Assembly (NCBI GenBank): GCA_963711395.1
Contig: CAVQEA010000020.1
Location: 72,623 to 136,622, forward strand
Length of the DNA: 64,000 nt
Direction of reading: 5' to 3'
Source: an uncultured delta proteobacterium
GTDB lineage: Bacteria > Desulfobacterota > Binatia > JACPRU01
Below, piece after piece: positions 1 to 8,953 of the stretch (its first letter is position 1; each line of letters opens with the position of its first letter). The notes below the pieces were generated by a model. It saw nothing but the letters and a program-made list of their open reading frames with translations. It searched no databases and was not told the origin of the DNA. The translations under genes and the position numbers were made by a program.

Positions 1-1306
1 CGATGGCGTTGAAGCCGAAGACCACGTCCTTGTAGGGGTTCAGCTTGATGCCGGGGACGATCTCGAATTTCTGGATGTCGTCGCCGGAAACCTGCAGCCG
101 GCCGACTTGGTCGCACAGGATCGTCATCCAAGCGGTGGCTCGAAACTCCCCGCCGACGGAGTAGTCGAAGCGATCCCGGTCGCTGTCGTCGACGTCGGCA
201 TGAAATCCCATGTTGACGTGCCCGGCGAACAGGCGATTGGCCATGGACGCCAGGACGCGCGGATCGAAACGGACCGAGCCGACACCTTGGAGATTGTCCT
301 CGTCCCCGGTGGGAAGCGACATGTTGACCTCCAGACCGAGCTCCGCGGGTCCCACCGCGCCGAAGTAGTATTTGCTGCGCAGGATCATGTCGCCGATGCC
401 GGTGGTGTCCTCGGTGAAGCTCACCCCTTGGTGTGGGGCAAAGACCTCGTCGATGTCTCTTTCCCGCAGATCGTGGAGGCTGCGGAACGGGTGCAATTGT
501 CCGTCGTTCTTCAGCTCGAGGAGACTTCCTTTACGGGCGACCTGGCCGTCCGGCAAAGGCGTGTCCTCGGTCAGTTGCGCGAAGAAGTTGGAGACTGCTT
601 TCCCTCTGAAGTTGGTTTCCACGATGGGGACGAAGACGCCGACGTCGAAGTTGTCGAGTATCCCGTACTGTGCGGAGAAGCCGAAGAACTGCTGGCGCAG
701 TTTGAAGTTGAAGTACATCACCTCGACGAGGTCGGCGGGCACGTCGGCTCCCAGCCTCGAGAAGGGAACTCCTCTAGAGGCGAAGAAGAACACGTTGTCG
801 CTGTTGAAGTCGTTGTAGTGGGTGTAGTCCAGATAGGAGTAGGAAAAGCCGAACGTCAGCACGTTGCGCCCGTTGGTCGGGGCGTTCTGCGAGATCGCCG
901 GAGCCATCGGGCGGTCGACCGGAGTGAAGATTTCGAGCTTCGGATCGAATGCGTAAAGCACGCTGATCGAGCCGGAAGGGACCGGCACGCCGTCAAGCGA
1001 TGATTGCGCTTCGTTGATGAACGTATTGAACTCGGGGATCGTGGTCGACAGCCCCTCGAACCCCGGCACTCCCGCGCGTTGAAAGAGCGCCGTCCCCGTG
1101 AACCGCTCAGCGACCGAGAAGAATCCTTTGATGTTGTTGTGGACCGGGTCGAAAAAGCTGCCGAATTGCTGCTGAATCTGGCCGAGCGGCACGTACTGGG
1201 TCTGCGCGCGAGCGGCCGGTACGGTTGACGTCAACAAGCTTGCGGCGACGAGCCAGGTCGCAACTCGTAGGGGCTTCGCTCGCCCGCAGCTACTCCGCGT
1301 CGTCAT
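1..1306 (-). CDS. Outer-membrane beta-barrel protein (MetA-pathway/phenol-degradation-type putative transporter); C-terminus lies beyond the left window edge
   Basis: Manual minus-strand translation. GGAGGAACC precedes ATG at 1306..1304. The N-terminus MTTRSSCGRAKPLRVATWLVAASLLTSTVPAARAQ is a signal peptide. It is followed by aromatic/Gly-rich amphipathic strands (LTFGFSYSYLDY, FFGFSAQYGILDNFDVGVFVPIV, GIGDMILRSKYYF). It is absent from the ORF track because no stop falls inside the window. Plus-strand ORFs 107..1003 and 372..818 are its antisense shadows. Confidence 0.7.
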   Translation of the reverse strand, partial: MTTRSSCGRAKPLRVATWLVAASLLTSTVPAARAQTQYVPLGQIQQQFGSFFDPVHNNIKGFFSVAERFTGTALFQRAGVPGFEGLSTTIPEFNTFINEAQSSLDGVPVPSGSISVLYAFDPKLEIFTPVDRPMAPAISQNAPTNGRNVLTFGFSYSYLDYTHYNDFNSDNVFFFASRGVPFSRLGADVPADLVEVMYFNFKLRQQFFGFSAQYGILDNFDVGVFVPIVETNFRGKAVSNFFAQLTEDTPLPDGQVARKGSLLELKNDGQLHPFRSLHDLRERDIDEVFAPHQGVSFTEDTTGIGDMILRSKYYFGAVGPAELGLEVNMSLPTGDEDNLQGVGSVRFDPRVLASMANRLFAGHVNMGFHADVDDSDRDRFDYSVGGEFRATAWMTILCDQVGRLQVSGDDIQKFEIVPGIKLNPYKDVVFGFNAI

Positions 1307-1506
1307 GGTTCCTCCGCTCGTCTGGGAGCGTCTCACCACCAATCGATGATGATAGGTATCTATCATTGCCGGAGCCCGTGCGGCCAGTCGCCCGGGTGAG
1401 CCCGCGCGCATTTTCTACACGAGGCGAGGTTTACATCGATTCCCGTGGAGTTATCATCGATGTCCTGCGGCTCTGCAAGGGATGGTTCGGCGCCGCGGAG
1501 GTACGC

Positions 1507-1821
1507 ATGGACGACGTGATCGAGCAGATGAACGACTGGGTTCGCCAAGGTCGTAAAGTGGCTCTCGCCACCGTGGTCTCGGTCGAGCGCCGGGCCCCCC
1601 GCGATCCCGGCGCGAGCATGGCGGTCAGCGATCGCGGGGAGATCGCCGGATCGGTCTCGGGGGGCTGCGTCGAAGGGGCCTTGGTCGAGACGGCGAAGAA
1701 GGTGATCGCGAGTGGTCAGCCCGCGCTCGTGACGTTCGGAATCAGCGATGACGAGGCGTTCGGCGTCGGGCTCTCCTGCGGGGGCACGATCCACGTCTTC
1801 GTCGAGCGCGTCGACTGGTGA
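1507..1821 (+). CDS. XdhC/CoxI-family protein, N-terminal-domain-only ORF (104 aa)
   Basis: Internal ATG at 1507 of ORF 1225..1821, preceded by GGAGG. MDDVIEQMNDWVRQGRKVALATVVSVERRAPRDPGASMAV..GSVSGGCVEGALV..GLSCGGTIHVFVE is the XdhC_CoxI signature. Confidence 0.75.
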   Translation: MDDVIEQMNDWVRQGRKVALATVVSVERRAPRDPGASMAVSDRGEIAGSVSGGCVEGALVETAKKVIASGQPALVTFGISDDEAFGVGLSCGGTIHVFVERVDW

Positions 1822-1825
1822 GGGG

Positions 1826-2596
1826 ATGAGCGAGCACGCGGTTCTCGACACGGTCTCTGCGGAGCTGCGCGCGGGGCGCGGATTCGTGCTCGCCACGGTG
1901 CTCTCGCCCGCCGCGGGCTCGCCGGCTCGCGCCGGCGCCAAGCGCGTTCTTTTCGAGGACCCGGCGCGCGCGATCCTGGGAAGCTCCGGCGATCCGACGC
2001 TCGATGCGGCCATCGACCGCGAGGCGCGGAGCATTCTCGACCGTGGAGTGGCCGAGCGACGAACCGTCGGCGAGGCCGACGTCTTCTTGCAGGCCTTCGT
2101 TCCCCCGCCGGTCCTCTACGTGATCGGCGCCGTGTTTCCCGCAGGCGCGCTGGCCGAGCTCGGGCGGTTCCTCGGTTACCGCGTCGTCGTCTGCGATCCG
2201 CGTTCGCCGTTCGCCACCGCCGAACGTCTCCCCGCGGCGCATGAGATCGTGCGCGAGTGGCCGGATGCCTATCTCCGGCGCGTGAGCCTCTCACCGCGAG
2301 ATGCCGTCTGCGTGCTCACTCACGACATCAAGTTCGACGTCCCGGCGATCGAAACCGCGTTGCGTTCCCCGGTCGGGTACGTGGGCGCGATGGGCAGTCG
2401 GAAGACGCACGCTCGCCGGATCGAGCGACTGAAGGAGAACGGAGTTCCCGAAGAGCAGCTTTCGCGCATCGCCGCTCCGATCGGACTCGACATCGGAGCG
2501 AAGACGCCGCCCGAGGTCGCGCTGTCGATCGCCGCCGAGCTGGTGGCGCGGCGGCGGCACGGAGCCGGGCGGCAGGCATCCCGCGACGGGGCGTAG
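1826..2596 (+). CDS. XdhC family accessory protein (second XdhC_CoxI domain plus Rossmann-like XdhC_C domain)
   Basis: ATG at 1826, 4 nt after the stop of the previous ORF. VLATVLS..GAKRVLFED is followed by PPPVLYVIGAVFPAGALAELGRFLGYRVVVCDPR..THDIKFDVPAIETAL..YVGAMGSRKTHARR..PIGLDIGAKTPPEVALSIAAE. Confidence 0.8.
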   Translation: MSEHAVLDTVSAELRAGRGFVLATVLSPAAGSPARAGAKRVLFEDPARAILGSSGDPTLDAAIDREARSILDRGVAERRTVGEADVFLQAFVPPPVLYVIGAVFPAGALAELGRFLGYRVVVCDPRSPFATAERLPAAHEIVREWPDAYLRRVSLSPRDAVCVLTHDIKFDVPAIETALRSPVGYVGAMGSRKTHARRIERLKENGVPEEQLSRIAAPIGLDIGAKTPPEVALSIAAELVARRRHGAGRQASRDGA

Positions 2597-2631
2597 CGCC
2601 GCGTCGCAAGCGGGCGGATCGGTCGGAGAGC

Positions 2632-5013
2632 TTACGCCGCGACCGGGCGTGCTCGGGTACTGCTCAGTCCGTACGTGCGCTCGAGCAGACGGCGCACGCG
2701 CGCCGCCAGCTCCTCTGCGTCGAACGGCTTGACGACGTAGTCGTCGGTACCCGAGAGAAATCCGAGCTTCTTGCTGCTGGCATCATCGCGCGCGGTCAAC
2801 ATGATGATGGGCAAAAACGCGGTCTGCAGGTCGGCGCGCAGCCGCTTACAGACTTCGAGCCCGTCGATCCCAGGCATCATCAGGTCGAGCAGTATGAGGT
2901 GCGGGGGCGACTCCTCGATCTTCTCCAGCGCTTCGAGGCCGTTCGCCGCCTCTTCGAACACCAGCGAAGAATCGACGCGCTCGAGTCCTTTGCGGATGAA
3001 CATGCGCAGGTCTTCGTTGTCGTCCACCACCAGGATCCTCGGGCGGGTGATCTCGCCGGGATCAGCGGGGCGCGTCTTCGGCGCGGGAGTCGATCCCTTG
3101 CCGGCCGCGGCGACGCCCGTAGCGCCGCGAGGCTCGCTCGGCGGATCGTCGCCTTTCGGCACCGCTCCGCAGGAGGGGCAGATGTTCCACTCCGGCTTGA
3201 GAGGCTCGGAACAGGTGAGGCAGGTGCGCACGAGCTTGTAGCGACAGAAAGGACAGACCGCGAACCGTTCCTCGATCGGGTTCGAGCATTGCGGGCAAGT
3301 GGGGCCGTGCGCCTCGACCTGCACCGAGCCGAGCACCTCTTCGGGGGTCGTGCGACCGGCTACGATCTTCTTCAGCGCATCCTCGATCAGCGTCGTCATT
3401 CCATCGGCTCGCGACGCCCGTCGTAGCGCGCTGTCCGGCAATTTGCTCTCGATCGTTTGCTGGATCTTCTTGGTCATCTCCAGCACTTCGTAGACTCCGG
3501 TCCGTCCGGAGAATCCGCTGCGCCGGCAGGCCGCGCAACCTTTCCCTTTCATGACCGTGGGCTCGCGGAGACCGAGTGCCTTCGCGGCCTCCTCGTCGAC
3601 GGCGACGGGCTCGGCGCAGCGCTCGCAGACCGTTCGCACCAGGCGCTGGGCGACGACCGCGATGATCGTAGAGGCCAGGACGTGGTGCTCGATGCCGAGC
3701 TCCAACAGCCGCGTGAGCGTGGTGCTGGTGTCGAGCGTATGGAGGGTCGATAGCACCAGATGCCCGGTCTGGGCGGCGTGAAACGCGACTTCGGCGGTCT
3801 CCCGGTCGCGGATCTCTCCGACCAAGATCACGTCGGGATCCTGACGCAGAGTCGAGCGCAGCACGTCGGCGAACGTGAGCCCCTGCTTCACGTTGACCTC
3901 GACCTGGTTCACTCCCTTCATTTCGTACTCGATCGGGTTCTCGATCGTGACGATGTTGATCTCCGGAGAGAAGATCTCCTGGATGACCCCGTAGAGCGTC
4001 GTCGTCTTGCCGCTGCCCGTGGGGCCGGTCACCAGGATCATGCCCTCGGGCTTGCGAATGGCTGCGCGCAGCGTGTTCAGGTCACGGCGGTTGAGCCCTA
4101 CCGAATCGAGGCTTCGCAACGCGTTGGTCGGGTCGAGGACGCGCATGACGATCTTCTCGCCGTCGCTGGTCGGCAGCGACGACACGCGAACGTCGACCGT
4201 GCGGTCGTCGGAGCGAATCTTAAGCCGCCCGTCCTGCGGTATGTGCCGCTTGGTGATGTCGAGCTTGGCCATGACCTTGATGCGGGCCACGATCGCGCTT
4301 TGCACCCACTTCGGGAGCTGCAATCCCTCTTCGAGGATCCCGTTCACGCGATAGCGCACGTAGACGAGGTTCGGTCCCGGCTCGACGTGAATGTCGCTCG
4401 CCCAGTTCTTGAGCGCTCCGTCGAAGATGCAGTTGACCATCTTGATGACGGGAGCTCGCTCCGCCTCGCGAGAGAGCTCCTGCTCGCTGACATCGTCACC
4501 CTTGGTGTTCTCGACGAGCACTGAAACCTTTTGGGCGTCGGGAATCTGCGAAAGCAGGGCGCCGATGGCGCCGGGCATCTTGTAGCAGTCCTCGAGCGCT
4601 TCGATCAGAGCGGAACGCACGGCCACGGTGGGGCGAATGCGTCGGCCGGTGGCGAATTCGAGGTCCCGGATCCCTTCGAGGTCGAGCGGGTTGGCCATCG
4701 CGAGCAGGAGTTGATTGCCCTCCACCCGCAACGGCACGACGTTCAACTTGACGGCGACCTGTTGATCGACGAGCTGGACGGCGGCGTCGTCGAAGACCAC
4801 GCCCGAGAGGTCGACGAGGGGGATGCGCAGTGCAGCCGAGAGCTCCGCAGCGACCTGCTCCTCGCTCATCAAGTTGAGGGAAGCCAGGGCGCTCACCACC
4901 GAGCGCTGCGACGCCGCGGCCTTTTCCACCGCCGGCGTCTTCGCCTGGTCGACCTTGCCGTGCTTCACCAGGAACTGGAGGAGGCGTTTTTCGGCGCTAC
5001 TGAGGGATGCCAT
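2632..5013 (-). CDS. PilB/GspE-family secretion/pilus ATPase fused to a C-terminal double zinc ribbon and a response-regulator receiver (REC) domain
   Basis: The 799-aa ORF is intact.
- N-terminal T2SSE_N region: LNVVPLRVEGNQLLLAMANPLDLEGIRDLEF.
- ATPase motifs: Walker A LVTGPTGSGKTTT, DPDVILVGEIRD, His box TGHLVLSTLHT.
- Native tetracysteine CERC..CAAC.
- Extra zinc ribbon: CPQC-x12-CPFC-x7-CLTC-x12-CPSC.
- Pro-rich linker, then REC motifs ILVVDDNEDL, LILLDLMMPGIDG, IIMLTA, KPF.
ATG 5013 is chosen; TTG 5031 is also possible. Confidence 0.9.
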   Translation of the reverse strand: MASLSSAEKRLLQFLVKHGKVDQAKTPAVEKAAASQRSVVSALASLNLMSEEQVAAELSAALRIPLVDLSGVVFDDAAVQLVDQQVAVKLNVVPLRVEGNQLLLAMANPLDLEGIRDLEFATGRRIRPTVAVRSALIEALEDCYKMPGAIGALLSQIPDAQKVSVLVENTKGDDVSEQELSREAERAPVIKMVNCIFDGALKNWASDIHVEPGPNLVYVRYRVNGILEEGLQLPKWVQSAIVARIKVMAKLDITKRHIPQDGRLKIRSDDRTVDVRVSSLPTSDGEKIVMRVLDPTNALRSLDSVGLNRRDLNTLRAAIRKPEGMILVTGPTGSGKTTTLYGVIQEIFSPEINIVTIENPIEYEMKGVNQVEVNVKQGLTFADVLRSTLRQDPDVILVGEIRDRETAEVAFHAAQTGHLVLSTLHTLDTSTTLTRLLELGIEHHVLASTIIAVVAQRLVRTVCERCAEPVAVDEEAAKALGLREPTVMKGKGCAACRRSGFSGRTGVYEVLEMTKKIQQTIESKLPDSALRRASRADGMTTLIEDALKKIVAGRTTPEEVLGSVQVEAHGPTCPQCSNPIEERFAVCPFCRYKLVRTCLTCSEPLKPEWNICPSCGAVPKGDDPPSEPRGATGVAAAGKGSTPAPKTRPADPGEITRPRILVVDDNEDLRMFIRKGLERVDSSLVFEEAANGLEALEKIEESPPHLILLDLMMPGIDGLEVCKRLRADLQTAFLPIIMLTARDDASSKKLGFLSGTDDYVVKPFDAEELAARVRRLLERTYGLSSTRARPVAA

Positions 5014-5466
5014 GTGGGCTTTGAGCAGCAAGTGACGTGCCGCGAAGGCGCGGGAACCCGTAGGTACGCAAAAACTATATGGTTCTCTCGATTTTCCAGG
5101 TGCTTTGGTTCAGCGGGCGCGAGCCTTCGAAATCATTGGCAGTCACATTTTTTGACAATCGCGTACGTAGGGGGAAACCTTCGAGCCAAATTCGTCAATC
5201 TGGCCGAAATTGACCATCAGGTGCTGACCGGCAGGTTGAGGAAAACCGCTTTGAACTCTCCGCCGGGCTGCCGACGAAGCGCAGGTGTATGGTTGCCCGC
5301 GGTATCAGGGTTGCTGCTCGCCGGATACTTCGCGGTGGTCTGCTGGGCTTGGGCCTCGCCCTCGCCCTCGACGGATCCTCAGCACGGCATGGGGGCCGAA
5401 GGCTTCCTCGGCCTGGTCACGATGCTGATCTTGGCGCTCGCCGGCGCGCTTTGGGCCTGAGCGAGA

Positions 5467-7702
5467 TCAATTGAACTGTTCGTCGAAGACCTGTTGCTCT
5501 GCGTACACGATCTGTGGGTTCAGCGGCGGCAAGTCAGCGGCCGTTTCGAACCTTCCGTCGTAGTCCCAGTTCCTCGCCGGAGGATTGTAGGTGTTGCACT
5601 GCCCGTTGTTGTTTCCGCTCGTACCGCCGGTACAGGTTCCGGTACTGATGTCACAGCTTCCGCCCGTGCCGCACCAGGGGCCCGAGGAGTAGCTCGGGTT
5701 GCCGAGGCTGACGAACGACCCCAGGTAAGTGAGGGTCGTGTTGCTCCAGTCCTCTTGGAAGCGGGGATAGTTCTCGAAGCCGCCGTTGTAGTTGCCGACC
5801 GCCGTCGTGTCGACGTTGGCGATGAAGGCCGCATTGATCTCGGTGTTCGCGGCGGGCCGGTTGTTGAGAGGTAGTAGACTCTTCGCGTCGTTCGAGCCGT
5901 TGCTCTCCCAATTGTCGGACAGCACGTTGAGGGTATCGCCGATGATCGCCGCGGGGTTCCAGGTCGAATTTCCAGCCGCGCCGTTCACGTTGTAGCTTCC
6001 CTCTACGTAGGCCGCCTGGTCGGTCACCACGGTCAGACCGGTCGGGTCGGCGGAGTTGGTGAGCCCGGCCGGAAATGGCAAGATCGCCGAGTCGAAGATC
6101 CGGACCCCATAGTTCGAAGGCTGCGGCGGCGTGCCCCCGTTGACGGCGCTGTTCATGACGCTGGCGAAAATGACGATGCCGCCCTCGGTTCGGTCCGCGG
6201 GGTCGAACAAACGCGCGCCGGCAGCCTGGTTCATGTTCCACTGCAGCAAGGCCTGAACGTCGATGTTGAGGAGGTACATGAACGTGCCTTGGCCGCCGCG
6301 CTTCTCGCGGTTGTTGAAGAATGCGCCACGGCGGTAGTCCAACCGGTTGTCACCGTTGCCGTTGTTGGCCGTCCAATTGGCAGACAATGCGGCGTCGGAC
6401 GCCGTACGATAGACCATCGCATCGTTGTCCGCAGTGGTGGGATTGTTTTTCGTGTAGTCTTGAAACGCGGGTGTATAGCTCGCCGCGCTGTTCGCACAGG
6501 CGGAGTAGCACTGCGCTAGATTCGCGACACTCGGCACGTCCGTGTAGAAGATCTTGCCGGGATTGGCGAGCATGAAGTTCCAAAGAAGCGTGGTCGCGGC
6601 CGCGTTTCGCGATCCATCGACGTTTTGCACTTCGATGACGTCGAGCAGCGGGCCCGTGACGGCGACGCTGCCGTTGCCGCTGCCGCTGCTACCGCTGCCG
6701 CTGTTACCACTGCCGCTGTTGCTGCTGAGGTTCAGAACCTGGCCGAGCTGTATCCGTCGGGCCGGATTCAGGTCGAGGACGATCCTGAGATCGGCCTTCG
6801 GCCAGTAGTCGAGAGATCCCGTGGATCCGCGAGCTGAAGCCGAGGTCGGCGGGATGGTCAGCGTGGGAGCGGCGAAGGACAAGGATCCAAGCCAAGGCGC
6901 GGTATCGGTCGACGTGAGCGCCACGCCGCCATTGCAGTCGAGATTGCGAGGCGGCGAGATCACCGGTCGCCGGATCGGTAGCGAGCGTGTCGATCGTCAC
7001 GGTGCCGTCGCAGGAGCTGGTGTCCTTGCGCCCGCGGTAGACGTTCGACGTGGCACTGACCTCGACCGTCGTGATCAGCCGCGGATTGGCGGTGACAGGC
7101 TGGTCTTGAATGCTGAGCGAGTTGCCGGCGTTGAGATAGAGGCTCGAGTTGGTGTGGACACGTCCGTGCAACGCCATCGCCGGTCCCGGCAGGATTTCCA
7201 GGTCGTTCGCGTAGAAGGCGAGGAACTGGAACAGCGGAACGTTGTGGATCAGCGAGCGCGCGCCGAGCTGGGTCTTCGTCGTGCTGTCCGGAGCGAGTGT
7301 CTGCGACGAGGTTCGTGTATAGATAGTCGATACTGTTCGAGCCCCGCATACCGCTTGCCCGCGGGGATGCGCACGAACTGTGGATAGCCGGGAACGGCCG
7401 TCAGCTGGTAGCGTACCGCCGCGCCGTTCATCGTGAAGTTCCTGGCGCTGAAGTCGCTCCCCGTGGGGACGTTGTACCCCTGGAAGATGTTCTTGAACTC
7501 GGCGAGGCCGCGGTTCACCCCGGCCTCGGCGTAGTAGAAGCTTTGCGTGGTATCCGCATGACCCACCTCGATCATGGTCGAAGAGCGGGTCAGAATCGCC
7601 AACGACGTCGCCAGCAGGAAGAGGACTGCGGTGACCGCGAGCGCGAACAGCAGGGCCGCCCCCTTCTCGGAGACCAGTCGGCCGCGAGATTCGTGTGATC
7701 AT
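5467..7702 (-). pseudogene. Large PilX-N-terminal-domain pilus-associated protein (about 745 aa if repaired); frame broken at least twice
   Basis: Three overlapping minus ORFs (7249..7602, 6704..7702, 5467..6963) join into one protein.
- Signal anchor SEKGAALLFALAVTAVLFLLATSLAILTRSSTMIEVG and YYAEAGVNRGLAEF (PilX_N type).
- LFQFLAFYANDLEILPGPAMALHGRVHTNSSLYL.
- A long Asn/Gly/Thr-rich C-terminal region ending at 5467.
Frame switches lie near 7320 and 6960, plus an unresolved start (see findings). Confidence 0.7.
6667..6729. repeat. Imperfect GCY tri/hexanucleotide microsatellite encoding a Ser/Gly/Asn linker (SSNSGSGNSGSGSSGSGNGS) inside the PilX-like gene
   Basis: The plus strand reads gctgccgttgccgctgccgctgctaccgctgccgctgttaccactgccgctgttgctgct. 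Confidence 0.6.
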
Positions 7703-7724
7703 GAATGCTCTCCGGAGCGACCCA

Positions 7725-8566
7725 TCAAGGCTGCAGGTTTCGCGGCTTCACCGTGAAGCTCGCGGTTTCCTGATGAAAGGCTCCACCGGGAAGAGGTGTC
7801 AGAGATCGCGCCGTGACCGACAGCAGAACCTCCTTGACGAGGCGCCATTCCGCATCGCTTGCGGGCAAGTCCACTACGGAGTTGTCCGTGCTTGCGATAC
7901 TGAACGTTCAGCGCGGTGATGCCGTCGGCGAAGATCTCTTCGGTGCCGCGATCGCGCTGCGAAGTGAGCACCGGACCCGCGAGAATCGATGGTGGTGTTG
8001 ACCTTGTAGATGTGTTCCTGCATGGCGTACACCCCGCTCGATGCCGCGGGATACGCTCGCGCCCACGTCGCATTCGTGGTGAGGACCGAGCCCGAGATCC
8101 CCGTGACCGTGAAGAAGTCGCCGACGCTTCCGTTGGTGACGTATCCCACCGAGCCGACCGCGAAGCCCTGTGCGCTCGCCAAGCTCAGCGTGTTGGCTCC
8201 CGCGGCCGCGTCGGCGCTGAGCGCCGTCTGCACGCAGCTTTCATTCACGGTATTGCCGAGGCGAATCGTGATCGCGTCTTGCGTACCGTTGTCGACACCG
8301 CCGAGCGATACGAACTGACCGTTGGAGGGAAAGCAGATGCCCGCGAGCCGGATGTCCCGCGCCAGGGTGTCCATGGTCGCTGCCACCGCCTGGTGGGTCT
8401 CCATGCGAATGTCGGCGACCGAACGGAGCCGCGCGCTGGTGATGAAGAACGACACCAGCGCTTGAGTGATCATTCCCATGATCACCAGCGTGACGAGGAT
8501 CTCGATCAGTGAGAAGCCGCGCTGGCGGATGGCGCCGGCCGACGACTCAGGTTCGCGTATCTGCAT
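7725..8566 (-). pseudogene. PilW-like minor pilin with prepilin N-terminal methylation motif; frame broken twice
   Basis: - N-terminus MQIREPESSAGAIRQRGFSLIEILVTLVIMGMITQALVSFF..THQAVAATMDTLARDIRLAG, in ORF 7874..8602.
- Continues in ORF 7699..8073: PPSILAGPVLTSQRDRGTEEIFADGITALNVQY.
- The third frame gives NSVVDLPASDAEWRLVKEVLLSVTARS..ASFTVKPRNLQP, with TGA at 7727..7725. Confidence 0.7.
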
Positions 8567-8936
8567 AGATGCTTTGCAAGGTGTAGCCGTAGTTCTGGCC
8601 ACGCTGCCGCCAAGTGACTGCGACGACGATGGTGCTCATGCTCGGTGCGGGCGAATCCCGCGTCACCGTCGTCTCAACCGCGAAGCTCGTGCCGTTCCAA
8701 ACGTCGGGACTGTTGGGCGCCGTTCGGCTGGCGAGAGTGCTGTAGTCGAGGGAGCGCAGATCTTCCATCTCCTGAATGGCCAGATCCGTCGCGTGGGTCA
8801 TCGCGCTGTTGGTGTCGGAGCGGATCAGCCCGGCGGCGATGAGGCTCGAGACCGCGACACTGCCCGCAGCCAGGATCACCGCGGCCACCAGCACCTCGAT
8901 CAACGTGAGTCCATCTTCTCCCAGTGCTCGACGCAC
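8547..8936 (-). CDS. PilV-like minor pilin (type IV pilus modification protein)
   Basis: Intact 129-aa ORF. MRRALGEDGLTLIEVLVAAVILAAGSVAVSSL has the class III signal/methylation motif, and ..HATDLAIQEMEDLRSLDY follows. Its stop overlaps the pilW-like start. Confidence 0.8.
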   Translation of the reverse strand: MRRALGEDGLTLIEVLVAAVILAAGSVAVSSLIAAGLIRSDTNSAMTHATDLAIQEMEDLRSLDYSTLASRTAPNSPDVWNGTSFAVETTVTRDSPAPSMSTIVVAVTWRQRGQNYGYTLQSIYADTRT

Positions 8937-8953
8937 GCGTCAGCTCCCTTCAC

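Noticed and set aside
107-1003. 298-aa plus-strand ORF, with a nested 148-aa ORF at 372..818
   Set aside because: The translation is a V/E/D/G/H/R-rich antisense shadow. The opposite strand encodes a convincing signal-peptide beta-barrel protein with an RBS and ATG at 1306.
5032-5466. Possible small gene in the 435-nt gap upstream of the PilB-like gene: ORF 5289..5474, or the hydrophobic tail ..LPAVSGLLLAGYFAVVCWAWA..FLGLVTMLILALAGALWA of ORF 4531..5460
   Set aside because: The hydrophobic tail looks like a two-TM peptide, but it has no ATG/GTG start or RBS in frame. The 61-aa ORF is Arg/Gly-rich junk. No prepilin-type leader is present, so no major pilin is called.
6667-6729. CRISPR-like or other spaced-repeat array
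   Set aside because: This is a coding tri/hexanucleotide microsatellite without spacers. No repeat-spacer architecture was seen anywhere in the window.
5467-8566. Programmed ribosomal frameshifting as an explanation for the broken pilW-like and pilX-like genes (and the other broken genes)
   Set aside because: There are no slippery heptamers or downstream pseudoknots at the junctions. There are too many events per gene, in both directions, and the affected gene families are unrelated.
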